From Andalucia godoyi And28 (taxonomy: Eukaryota > Protista > Jakobida), in contig VRVR01000007.1 of assembly GCA_009859145.1 (NCBI GenBank), forward strand, positions 1 to 64,000: a stretch of 64,000 nt of DNA, read 5' to 3'. A program made the position numbers and the translations under genes. This document shows, in pieces, positions 47,254-57,558 of this stretch. Under the pieces are notes generated by a model. That model was given only the letters and a program-made list of their open reading frames with translations, had not been told where the DNA came from and searched no databases. Positions within the stretch are counted from its first letter, which is position 1. Each line of letters opens with the position of its first letter.

Positions 47254-49419
47254 ATGGGTACTGCTGTTTCGATTGCCGCGCAACCGACACGGCCTGCGGA
47301 CCTTGAGGAATTCTCGAGCCATTTGAAGTCGCTGGATGCTGTGTTTTGCCGGACAGAGCTCAATGGGGTTCCATGGTACTGCGGCTTCACTCTGGTGCCG
47401 GTCATTGACGGGCTCGAGAGCGATCCGCATACGTTACGTGTATTTGCCACGGATCTACGCTCTGGTTTTTACGACGCGGTTCGGACGTACCAACAGCTCG
47501 CAGTCGACAAGCGGTTGCTAGGAAGACCCGAGTATACGGACTGGGGGACGTTTTTTGCAGTTGCTCGTGCTGCGTTCTTGTCAGGCGCGCTCCTACTTGA
47601 GCACAGTGATTTCCATATGATTCTTAGCGTTACACTGGATCCACAGGGTCTCGGTGAAAAGGAAGCGCTGCGATGGGTTGTTCCACTCGATTTAACCAGG
47701 ACTCGAAACTGGCGCAGGGATTTGCTGCCGGCGTTTGTGGATGCCTTGTTTGAAAGTACCAGGAGGACTGTGGCGGACTTGGCCACTGCGTACAGCGCAG
47801 AAAAGGGGAAAATTGAACAGCGGCTGGCGGAGCTGCGCGAGAAGCGCAGGCAGGAATTGAAAAGGGGATCGTCGATTAAGAATCTGCTTATCACGCACTC
47901 TGCACCGACGTCTGGACAGAACTCTCCCACTAGCGTGCAAAAGACAAACCCTCGACTTTCTATTCACCAAGTGGACGGCAAGGACTCTGTGGCAAGCCTG
48001 AACTCTGCGGGAAGCTCGTCCGATGACGAAGGCGACCGTGAAGGAAATAATGTGCATGTTACGGTTCCCGTCGACAAAGTTCTTGATATTTTGAAACGGA
48101 TCCGAACAAAGGTCACCATTCAGCGAGCCGCGTTGGGAAAGGCCGCTCAGGTATTGAGCAATCGCGACGTGGACGATCTCGATTATGTGTTGGAGACGCT
48201 GGCGACGAACAGTCTCTACTTTCCGGATTTGGATGATGCATCGACAGCAGCAGACGATGCAGAAATTTCTGATTGGGTGGCTGCCGAACTGGTCCCTGGC
48301 GGTTCAAGCAGTCCGGTCACTGCCAAGATGGGCAAGTCCAAGTTTTGGACATTGAAGCGGGCAGTCAAGGCGATCGCATTTGCGAACACTCTAAAGAAGA
48401 AGACAGATTCTTCCGTGACCCTCCGGATGTGGGCCGAGCTTCCTGACAAGCTTCTGTCCATGCTGGAGCATATCGATAATTGGAGTTTTGATGTTTTTGA
48501 GCTCAACAAGGAGTCAAATGGCAGACCCATGTACTACGTAACATGTTCCCTGTTGCAACGACTGCATTTGACGGAACGATTTTCGATATCTCAGGAAAAG
48601 CTCATCCGGTTTCTTCAGAAGGTGGAGTCAATGTATCACGCGAATCCGTATCACAACAACTTGCATGCTGCTGATGTGACGCAAACATTCTACTACTTCA
48701 TGCGATGGGGTGGCATTGCTCAGTATCTGTCTCCGATTGAGCAGTTTGCTGCTATTCTTGCATGTACAATCCACGACTTGGGACATCCGGGTGTGAACAA
48801 TGCTTTTGAGGTTCGAACCCAGTCGCCAAGGGCATTGCTGTACAATGATCAGTCAGTGTTGGAAATGTTCCACTTGACGCAGTTTTTTGAGCTGCTCTCC
48901 CGACCAGAATACAACATTCTTGAGGAACTCACTCCGCAGGAACGGAAGACCTTTCGCGACCTCGTTGTGACGATGGTGTTGTCGACGGACATGAGCAAAC
49001 ACTTTGGCTTTCTTGGCCAGTTCAAAGCCATGGTAAAGCGCGGTTTCAAACCGGATGCCCCGGAAGACTTGCAAATGGTGCTGCAAGCGTTTTTGAAAGC
49101 CTCCGATATCTCGAACCCATCGAAGCCGCTTGGGCTGTGTGTGCGCTGGGCAGATCGTGTGATGGTCGAGTTCTTTATGCAAGGTGACAAAGAGAGAAGT
49201 CTGGGGCTCACGATTTCACCGTTCTGCGATCGATACACAAGCCATGTTGCCAAATGCCAGCTTGGATTCTTGGACTATGTTGTGCTTCCCTTCTTCCAAT
49301 CGCTTGCAGAATTTCAAGACCATCTCAAATCGATTGTCGAAAATCACGTCATTAAGAATCGGCAGTATTGGGCAGAACAGGGAAATATTGCGGCTTCCCA
49401 AGCAGCTGCGAAATCGTAG
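47254..49419 (+). CDS. Class I cyclic-nucleotide phosphodiesterase with unusual N-terminal domain
   Basis: YHNNLHAADVTQ, HDLGHPGVNN, LYNDQSVLEMFH, STDMSKH, KASDISNP, EFFMQGDKE, CQLGFLDY; MGTAVS myristoylation consensus. Confidence 0.96.
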   Translation: MGTAVSIAAQPTRPADLEEFSSHLKSLDAVFCRTELNGVPWYCGFTLVPVIDGLESDPHTLRVFATDLRSGFYDAVRTYQQLAVDKRLLGRPEYTDWGTFFAVARAAFLSGALLLEHSDFHMILSVTLDPQGLGEKEALRWVVPLDLTRTRNWRRDLLPAFVDALFESTRRTVADLATAYSAEKGKIEQRLAELREKRRQELKRGSSIKNLLITHSAPTSGQNSPTSVQKTNPRLSIHQVDGKDSVASLNSAGSSSDDEGDREGNNVHVTVPVDKVLDILKRIRTKVTIQRAALGKAAQVLSNRDVDDLDYVLETLATNSLYFPDLDDASTAADDAEISDWVAAELVPGGSSSPVTAKMGKSKFWTLKRAVKAIAFANTLKKKTDSSVTLRMWAELPDKLLSMLEHIDNWSFDVFELNKESNGRPMYYVTCSLLQRLHLTERFSISQEKLIRFLQKVESMYHANPYHNNLHAADVTQTFYYFMRWGGIAQYLSPIEQFAAILACTIHDLGHPGVNNAFEVRTQSPRALLYNDQSVLEMFHLTQFFELLSRPEYNILEELTPQERKTFRDLVVTMVLSTDMSKHFGFLGQFKAMVKRGFKPDAPEDLQMVLQAFLKASDISNPSKPLGLCVRWADRVMVEFFMQGDKERSLGLTISPFCDRYTSHVAKCQLGFLDYVVLPFFQSLAEFQDHLKSIVENHVIKNRQYWAEQGNIAASQAAAKS

Positions 49420-49751
49420 AGAATGAGAACCGAGAAACCCCGAGCAGGAAAATGCGTCGACATCCGAGTGTGTGTGTGTGCCTGTGTCTGTGTCTCAATG
49501 CACTCGGATGAACATCGTAAAAAATTAATAATAATAACAATAATAATAATAACAATAATAAAATATGGTGACTGAATCTGATTTCTTATCGAAGAATCCG
49601 CGAATATAGTTATCTTTGGTTTTTGACATGTCACGTAGTAATCCAATATTCAGCGAGAACATGAACGAAAGAAAGGACAGAGATGTACAAGAAGAAGATT
49701 GACGGCAGAAGAAAAACGCGCTGGCTGAAGGAGAGAAGAAGAGGCAAAATC

Positions 49752-50786
49752 CTATGTCGAGAGGAATCGAGGGATGACTTGCATGATCCTGTCTGAAAAG
49801 CACAGGAACACAATTCGAAGAAAAACAACAACAATGAATACTCGGTCCAGAAACTGAAGAACCTCCACTGCGGCAGCAGATACGTCGATCCATCCGAACT
49901 GCAAACTGACGAACACACAGTTCATCAATAAGGCAGCCACCAACAAGAATGAATTGATATCAAAAGACGTCAGCAAGAACCGAATGAACTTCCGGAAGTA
50001 TGTATCGGAAAACCCAGAATCATTGTACTTACTGATTCGCGCGGAAAGGGGCGAAGACACGTGGCAAGTGGTTGCTTCGACTGCTGCTACTGGGAGGCGG
50101 TCCAGGGGACATGTCTGCACAGCATAAGATCCATTGTGATCAAAGTACGCCAGTATACACTCTGCACAAAACAAATGACCGCACGATAGCCGAACCTCAT
50201 TTTCTCGTTCAGAGAGGCAGATGGAACAAACGTCGTCGACTCCGAACGAAACGACGACGACAGATTCCATCGGACACTGACTCGCGGAGTTCTGGTCACG
50301 CAAGCCAACATGATTGCACTCCAAAGGCGACGTACTGCACAGCTGCGGTCGTTCATCCATGAAGAGCGGTTCTTCGTCTCGTTTCCTCTGTACTTGTGCG
50401 CAATAAATCGACAGGCAGGAACAACTCTCAACACTTTGATGGCCACAATCTGGAATGGACAGTGCTGGTCTGGGAGTTCGCATGATTCTGGCAGCTGCAG
50501 GAGCTGGCTCCGAATCGCGGACACTGAACTGTATGTTTTGCATCCTCCACGTTTCGATTCTTATATACTGCTCAGTTCCAGCAAACCGCAGCAGAATGAC
50601 CAGAACAAAAATGCAAACATAGAAAGGCTGCGCGAGTTGCGGCCCTGGCGTCTGGAAGAAACAGGGAGGGAAATGGTTTTTTTCCGGGCATCGTCCCGCC
50701 GTCACGTTTGCAGAAGAAGAAAATTTTCCTCCAGCTCGGATGTCTTGTTTGGCATGTAACCCGCCGTGCTGCGACACGATGCGCAT
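49752..50786 (-). CDS. RNF170-like membrane RING E3 ligase (start 50786 or 50543)
   Basis: C3HC4 RING CSIC...LSCGHLFCAECILAY...CPLDR, SKYN and FLDRVFIV motifs, C-terminal TMs. The upstream TM PFYVCIFVLVILL suggests the longer start. Confidence 0.75.
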   Translation of the reverse strand: MRIVSQHGGLHAKQDIRAGGKFSSSANVTAGRCPEKNHFPPCFFQTPGPQLAQPFYVCIFVLVILLRFAGTEQYIRIETWRMQNIQFSVRDSEPAPAAARIMRTPRPALSIPDCGHQSVESCSCLSIYCAQVQRKRDEEPLFMDERPQLCSTSPLECNHVGLRDQNSASQCPMESVVVVSFGVDDVCSICLSERENEVRLSCGHLFCAECILAYFDHNGSYAVQTCPLDRLPVAAVEATTCHVSSPLSARISKYNDSGFSDTYFRKFIRFLLTSFDINSFLLVAALLMNCVFVSLQFGWIDVSAAAVEVLQFLDRVFIVVVFLRIVFLCFSDRIMQVIPRFLST

Positions 50787-51364
50787 GCACGGCACTTTCG
50801 AACTCCATCAACACCGATCCCCCCAGCCAAGAAACAGACGAGCAAAACGGATCGATAACCGGGCGAACAGCTTGCGCAATCTTCACATCCCCCCGCCGCT
50901 CGAAGCGCCCAGCGTTGGCGCCACGAATTGAGACATGCAGTTCCTGCCGCTCGTGCCCGCAAAGTCATCGCGGCAAAGCGTCCTCGGGTGTTCGATACTC
51001 GTCCGTCGCAATCAGGCGGTCGTCCGGAAGAGACCCACGCGCGCTCTCCTCAATCACTTTTGCCATCGTCTATGAAGTGGAAACGATCACGCCCACAAGA
51101 AACACAGACGGTCAGAGAACGAATTGTTGCATGAAGCACGGAAAGGAACAGGAAAACCAAGTCATGTTTGCACTGAGGATTTGTTCAGGACTGTTCGGTA
51201 AAATAGTTTTAATATTTTTTAATATTTAATATTATTACGCTTGCGGCTAGCTGTGGAGAATGTGTGCAAAAGTGGGGCAAGAATGATGGGTGGGATGATA
51301 ATAATATACATTATGATACAAGCAACAACAAAAAAGAAGGGGGAAAAAGGCGTGGGGAAGAATG

Positions 51365-54300
51365 TCAATTCCATGGTAGCTGCCGCGCACCAACAACAGG
51401 ATGACGAGGAGGGCCGTTGGAAAGACCGTTGAAGCCGCCAGGCTGCGGAACTTTGCGAACGTTGTTGCTGGAAGTGATCGCCGTGCCTTTATACAGTCTC
51501 CCGGTTGGAGCAGCCCCGCTTCTGTGGGCGTTCTTTTCATCGTGGACGGTTTCTTCCGAGAATGCATTCTTTCGTCCGCGGGCAGAGACCTTCTCTGCAT
51601 GGTACCCCGGGGGGAGTGCATTCCGGTGGCCAGGCAGATCCGCAACCTCAGAATCCTCCTCGCCATCGGACATTGTACTCGACTTCCTGGCGCCCATTGC
51701 CACTGCCAGGAGATTGTTCTGCGAAAAGCTCTTGCGATGCCCATCCGCGAGACGACCGATCGCTCCTGCATGCCTTACCACCGGCTGACCCGCAGGGACG
51801 GCCTTGGTATTGAGTCTCGTAAGCGGATTTGGTCGCGCGCCGACACCATTTGACGGTTGGGCATGCTGACCATTGCTTGGAATGGAAGCCCGGACAGGTG
51901 CAAGACCCGATCGCTGCTGCGGATTGGAGAACGCAACATCCCTCGGCATCACTTCCTCCGAAGACAGCACCATCTTGCGGGAGCTCGGGCTTACACCATG
52001 GGGGGCCTGCGGAGACGAACTCTTTCCAATGGGAGGCAGAGACGACATCCCAGACGAAGAAGCCTTGGGGTTGGTTGGACCTACACCTCGAATGTCCATC
52101 GCAACATAGTGCACAGACGACTCGTCCGCGCCAATTCCGTTAATGGGGGACGCATCGCCGAGTCCCGACAGCGCACCAGACCTTCTCTTCTTCTTCGAAG
52201 ACGGCGGAGAAAACAGCACGGGGGATGTTGCGGAGGCACATGATATTCCAATGTTGTGAAGCATTGCGATCGAAGAAGGATACAGAAGTTGCTCGTACGG
52301 AATCGAAGAGGAGTGGCTGGCGTGATGTCCGTTCGGCGTCGGAGAGTGCGACGGAATGCTTTCATCCATGCTGTGACCGACGTGGCGCGAGGCAGGTGCG
52401 GCAGATGGCGGCGTCGCATTTGGTCCGTCGTTGTTATATTGAGCGAGGAGATCTCCTGGAAGATCGCAACCTTGCGCCCGAAGAAATTCAAGCATGCGCG
52501 ACAGCAATGCATCCTTCTTCTTCAGTTGTGATCCTACTTTTTTCACTTCGAACTGGCGGGCTTGCATCATCTGACCATTGATCAAAGCCGCTTCTTCCAA
52601 TTCAATGTTCTGTAATTCAAGAATCCGCATGCGGTAGTTCATTTCAAGCAACTCCCGCATATCTTTGGTCTGCACCATGGACGGCAGCATCGCGTGGAGA
52701 ATTTTTGCTTCCTCCTCGAGCTTCTTCAGCCGGGCAATGAGATCAACCTTGAGCCTCTTGTTCTTCTCAATGTTTCCAAGAATCGTTCGAATCTCCTTCC
52801 GCGCTTCGCTGACTCTGTGCGGGGTTTTCGAGCGCGGAGCATTGGAATGTGTTGTTGCAATCGACGACACATCCGACGCACCATCAAACGAATCTGCCAC
52901 TGAGGCATTGGAATGGAAATCATGCAAAAACGACGAATGAACATCTGCGTTCTGCTGGAGGTCCAGAGCAGATATTTCCAACTGAATCTTGTTGATTTCC
53001 ATCACATTCTTGATGTTCTGCTCTTCCAACTCCATCAAGGAGCGTCGTATCTGCATTCTATCCTCGAAGTTCAGAGATATTTTGTTGCGCATTTCTTCGA
53101 CTACTTGGCGCTCACGCTGTCGCTCCTCGGACTCGTTGCTATCCTCTGTGCCGGAATGAACGAGTTTATCCTTCAGCTCGGAAACCTCGCTGCGCAAATC
53201 TGCGATGATCTGCATGTACTGATGCACATGGTAGGAAACATTCAACACGTTCCGTTCCACTTTTGTCTTGATATTCTTCGCTCGATGCGCGTACTTCAAC
53301 GTGTTGAGCGTTTCTTCAAAATTCACGGGACTGACCGCAGCAATCATCACCGTCCGGCAGTTTCCTCCCAGAGAGTCCTTGAGAAGACGTGTCAGCTTGG
53401 AGTCTCGGTACGGCACATACGAGCCTTTGTTGCTCTTATCCCCGAGGGCATTGATACAGTTTCCCAGAGCAAGAAGAGACCTGTTAATGTTTGCGCCTTC
53501 AATCATCCGAATACCCCGATTCTGGGTGATGGAGGCGCGCTCAGATCCAGCCAAATCAATCATCGACAACTTTCCAATCTTGATTTCTGCAGTGACATCG
53601 CCAGTTCGGTCTCGCTGCTCGATCACAATCTGCAGCACTGCATGCGATCGCGATGATCCCTCGTTAGCAGCAGTCGCTTCTTGCGTTCTATACTTGTTAC
53701 CTTCTCGCAGGCATTCCAACACATCCTCCGCACATGTTGCCTCCATTTCTGTCAGTCCAGCAACCTTCATAGTCCCCTTGATGGGATCTTCCCGCAGATC
53801 CAGATATTCCGACGTCGGATTCAAAAGATCTCTAAGATTCTCATTATACACTTCAAGATACGTCAGAGTAACTTTGTACCTCCGGCTCACCTCTGTTGCT
53901 CGAATCTTTCGGAAAAGCTCCTGCAACGTCAGCATCATCAGGCCCGGATGGTCGATTGTGCCCAGCATTGTGTGTGTCTTTCCCGACCCAGTGGCACCAT
54001 ACGCAAACACCGTCGCATTGTACCCTGTCAGCACCCCGTCCAGCAAGAACAGCGTAGTCTTTTCGAACACCTGGCGCTGTGTTGTCCGCGGGTCAAACAC
54101 ATGGTCAAACGCATACCGCTTTTCCTTTTTTCTATTTGCCCTCAGCGGATCATCGGCATTCGAGTCAGACGCAGGATCCGTAATCACAAGCATTCGCCCA
54201 TCAACAGGTTTCACATACTCCCGACAGTTGTTCAGTCTCTCCTTCTTCAGCACCGGTCGCACACGCACCGCAACAAGAATGTTCGGCTGCCCATTCTCCA

Positions 54301-54388
54301 TCGCGGACTTGTACTCTTCAGTGTCCGCATCGTGCAATCCAATCTTTGGAAAATATGGATTCTGGTGATCGTCGCTGTACGGATCCAT
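51365..54388 (-). CDS. Kinesin-8 (KIF18/KIF19-like)
   Basis: ILVAVRVRP, YAFDHVF, GATGSGKTHTM, SSRSHAV, IDLAGSERAS...RMIEGANINRSLLALGNCINAL, VPYRDSKLTRLLKDSLGGNCRTVMIA. ATG at 54388. Confidence 0.95.
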   Translation of the reverse strand: MDPYSDDHQNPYFPKIGLHDADTEEYKSAMENGQPNILVAVRVRPVLKKERLNNCREYVKPVDGRMLVITDPASDSNADDPLRANRKKEKRYAFDHVFDPRTTQRQVFEKTTLFLLDGVLTGYNATVFAYGATGSGKTHTMLGTIDHPGLMMLTLQELFRKIRATEVSRRYKVTLTYLEVYNENLRDLLNPTSEYLDLREDPIKGTMKVAGLTEMEATCAEDVLECLREGNKYRTQEATAANEGSSRSHAVLQIVIEQRDRTGDVTAEIKIGKLSMIDLAGSERASITQNRGIRMIEGANINRSLLALGNCINALGDKSNKGSYVPYRDSKLTRLLKDSLGGNCRTVMIAAVSPVNFEETLNTLKYAHRAKNIKTKVERNVLNVSYHVHQYMQIIADLRSEVSELKDKLVHSGTEDSNESEERQRERQVVEEMRNKISLNFEDRMQIRRSLMELEEQNIKNVMEINKIQLEISALDLQQNADVHSSFLHDFHSNASVADSFDGASDVSSIATTHSNAPRSKTPHRVSEARKEIRTILGNIEKNKRLKVDLIARLKKLEEEAKILHAMLPSMVQTKDMRELLEMNYRMRILELQNIELEEAALINGQMMQARQFEVKKVGSQLKKKDALLSRMLEFLRAQGCDLPGDLLAQYNNDGPNATPPSAAPASRHVGHSMDESIPSHSPTPNGHHASHSSSIPYEQLLYPSSIAMLHNIGISCASATSPVLFSPPSSKKKRRSGALSGLGDASPINGIGADESSVHYVAMDIRGVGPTNPKASSSGMSSLPPIGKSSSPQAPHGVSPSSRKMVLSSEEVMPRDVAFSNPQQRSGLAPVRASIPSNGQHAQPSNGVGARPNPLTRLNTKAVPAGQPVVRHAGAIGRLADGHRKSFSQNNLLAVAMGARKSSTMSDGEEDSEVADLPGHRNALPPGYHAEKVSARGRKNAFSEETVHDEKNAHRSGAAPTGRLYKGTAITSSNNVRKVPQPGGFNGLSNGPPRHPVVGARQLPWN

Positions 54389-55082
54389 CGTCGCGCGCGC
54401 TTTCTCTCCAGTCTTGTTGTTCCTATACACTTGACAGCACCTTTTGTAATACGGAGAAGGAAAGGTGTTCGGTGGGGTCCGAAAAAGGAAAGAGAAAGAG
54501 AAAGAGAGAGGCGCTGAAAACAAAGCAACAACGTCAACAGCAGCTCGAAGAAATCTTTTCACGATCTATGCATATATGTATATGCGCTGAAAGAAAATGC
54601 TTTTTTTAATTTTTTAATTAATAAAATAAAAAAAAGCAACAACAATAAGACCGCAAACACAGAACAGAATACAGAAGAAACACGGATGAATTAATCCGAG
54701 ACGCTCCTCACGGTTTTGTAAGAAGGCATTTTCCCTTTTTGAAAACGGGAAATCACGCACGATCCGTTTCTCAAATTCTACAACAGCTTTAATCATGCTG
54801 GGGGTTCAGACACTTAGATAACGACTAAACGAACCAACGAGCCTTTTTGCTATCGAAAATCCACCGCATACTCCAAAACAAAGTAAAAAATGCCCGAGAT
54901 TCCGCTTCAGAACAGATTAAACGCATCCATCTTTATTATTTTTACTAAATGTATCTCTTCTTCTTCTTATTCCCCATTTGGTTCGTACGCTCAGTTTCTT
55001 TCAATCGCTTTCTTTCAGTCTTGCGCAACCGATATCCCGTTTCACTTCTCGCGTCCACACGGTGCTGCACCGAAAAGAAAAA

Positions 55083-56165
55083 ATGAACATCCGATTAAGC
55101 AACATTCATGAGTACAGACAGGAATTCTACCACTATATCAACGCCCCGATATTCTGGAAACGTAAGTGTCCTCTGTTGATGTTCGGTCTTGTTTTGAATT
55201 ACTCTCCTTTTTCTCCTTTTTCTCCTTTTTACTTGTTGTTTTTGATACACTGCCTTTCCTTGATGTGAATACGTAATTAATCCAAGGCGATTTTCTCATC
55301 TTTCCAGAATCCGACGCGCCTGGTGTGAACTACTATGCGGACACAGCACCGGATGTGGTCATGGTCAAGACACCCCCAAGACGGGCAAGTATGTTCTTCT
55401 TCTTATCTTTTTTTCGGCAGGTTTCTTCTTGTCCTGTTGGAATCAAAAAACACTATCTTCAGTCAATGCATCGAGGGCTTTCCGTTATTTGGCAAACAGA
55501 AATCCAACACAGAAACAGCAAAAACTCATGTCTTTTTATTTTGTTTAAAAACAAAAACAAAAAACAAAAACATTCTTTTTCGAACTAACGGCGCTGCATC
55601 AGGTATGGGAAGCTCTGCTCGCATGTCAAGCACAGGACTGACACCAAGAGCTGATGCAAACTGGGGCTCAAGGCCGTTTTCACCCGTGAAGAGCCGCCCA
55701 TCAAGTCGAATATCCAGCGCAAGTCCTTCACGACTGCCCTCCCGACCAAGCTCCGCAGCCACGTCCTTTCGAGCGGGTTCCGTAATGTCGAGGTTCTCAA
55801 TGCGAAGCAATGCAACATCCTCCACTGTGCTAAGCTCAATCTCGAACACAGGCCACTATCTAAACGGAATCGCGGTGGCGAACAGTCTTGGCCCGCAGCT
55901 TCTGAAGGTCGACAGCGCAAGACCATCGCCGCAAAGCTATACACCTCAAAAGGTTACCAAGCATGCATATGCAGCATCATTTGGAAAGGCGTCAAGATTT
56001 CCACCTCAAAAGAGTATGCTCTCCCACCGTTCATGTCCACGTCACTCTCTCTTTCTCTCTTCCACTTCTCTGTCTCCATTCTGTTTCCTCCTTCTTCCGA
56101 ACAGCTCGTCTTTCCTCCACATCCCATCAATAATACTTTCAGACGAAGAAGAACCAAAACACTAA
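55083..56165 (+). CDS. Spliced SHIPPO/sperm-tail PG-rich repeat-like protein (exons 55083-55161, 55308-55388, 55603-56013, last exon uncertain)
   Basis: GTAAGT..CAG and GTATGT..ACTAAC..CAG introns join one frame; APGVNYY and PSPQSY...SFGKASRF resemble SHIPPO repeats; third donor GTATGC at 56014, acceptor at 56104 or 56142. Confidence 0.6.
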
Positions 56166-56250
56166 ACAAAACTGCAAATTTCCAATAGACCCATATCAAA
56201 AGTAAATCTCCATCCTGCATCCGCCGCAACGAGCACCAAAATGCTACCGA

Positions 56251-57243
56251 TTAAACATCATCAAATGAAATCAACGACGGTTCATCGTTCATGGCTAGCA
56301 CGGCGCGCTGCCTCCAAGCTCCAATTTGACGCTCGTGCTCCACATCCGACTCGTCGTTTGCAGCAACTTGGTCGTCCACGCAGCGCAAAGCCTTTTCCAT
56401 AATGACCGTGAGTCTTTCCAGGCTCTCCTTCTTGGACTTCATGAACAAATCCATTTCTTCTGCATGCTGAGTCCCGTCACACGGTGGGAAAAGCCCAAGG
56501 TGATGAGATTCCGGTTTACCAAGATTGGCAACAAGCGTCGGAACCGGAGCGCCATGCTGATCAATGAACCGAAAATCATAATTTCTGGCGCTGAACACAT
56601 CGTTTTCGGACACCGACGCAACCAATACAACTTGCGGCACTTCGCACATGACCGCCAGTTCTTTGCTGATTAGAATGTCCTGCAGCGAGCAGTCATACGC
56701 AGCATCACCGTAATGAACATGGACATAGCCCACAATCTGCCAAGCGCACATGAGTAATTCAAGTTGGCAGCCATCGGACAAAACCATACAAACAAAGCTA
56801 TACAAAAGAGGAAGAATGGGAGAAAAACATACATTTCCGACGGAAGAGACGGACAATGCAGCCTCCTCGAGAAGCTGACGATCCACTTCAAAAGACTGGC
56901 CAATGATGCAGCTTCCATGGGGCCCAAGGACCATGAATCCAGACACGAGAAGCTCCTGCGTCGACGATCGAATCGACTCTGGAACATCATCCTTGTACGA
57001 AACGTTCTCCACGGATTCCCACCTCCCAATTACAAATCCCTCCTAGAACAGCAGCAACATCGACATTGCCGCATATGCAGCGAAGAAGAAGAACATCAGC
57101 AACAGAGATGATACAAACCGATTGGAGACTGGAAGAGCTGCAGCACGAATCGATACACATACCACTTCACATTTCCATTTTTCAGCTTCCAAGAACAGTG
57201 TTCCTAGATGAACACCGCTGAGACGCACCGTCGTTGAAGCCAT
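56251..57243 (-). CDS. Abraxas/ABRO1 (FAM175)-like MPN- protein (exons 57243-57163, 57042-56833, 56736-56251)
   Basis: Two GTATGT..AG introns (120 and 96 nt) give STTVRLSGVHLGTLF...EVEGFVIG...NIVGY, paralleling the Abraxas N-terminus (VLSGFVLG..EGFLLG..NVVGW); coiled coil follows. Confidence 0.65.
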
Positions 57244-57558
57244 CCCGCCATCCACTTTCGGTACCCGTTCTTTAATGCTGGCTGATTGAACTCGATCATC
57301 GCCATGCATGCGGGCATCGCAATCGCCAGTCTGTGCAGTGAATTCGGAAAAGGGAATCTTTCTGCTGTGCATTGGAGTCCATAGCAGACTTGAGACTTGA
57401 GCCTTGCATTTTTCCTTTTTCCATCGTCCTTTTGGCAAGGCGCACCCATTAGCCTCATTTCTGCGATTTTCCACGTTTCGTTCACAGTTTAATATGTATT
57501 GATTATTTACGGATTGTCATTTTCATTTTCCTTGGATCTGGATTGCTCCCCATTGAGA

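Noticed and set aside
50880-51066. Antizyme-type +1 frameshift at CGA-UGA
   Set aside because: The +1 frame closes after ~27 codons and shows no antizyme motifs.
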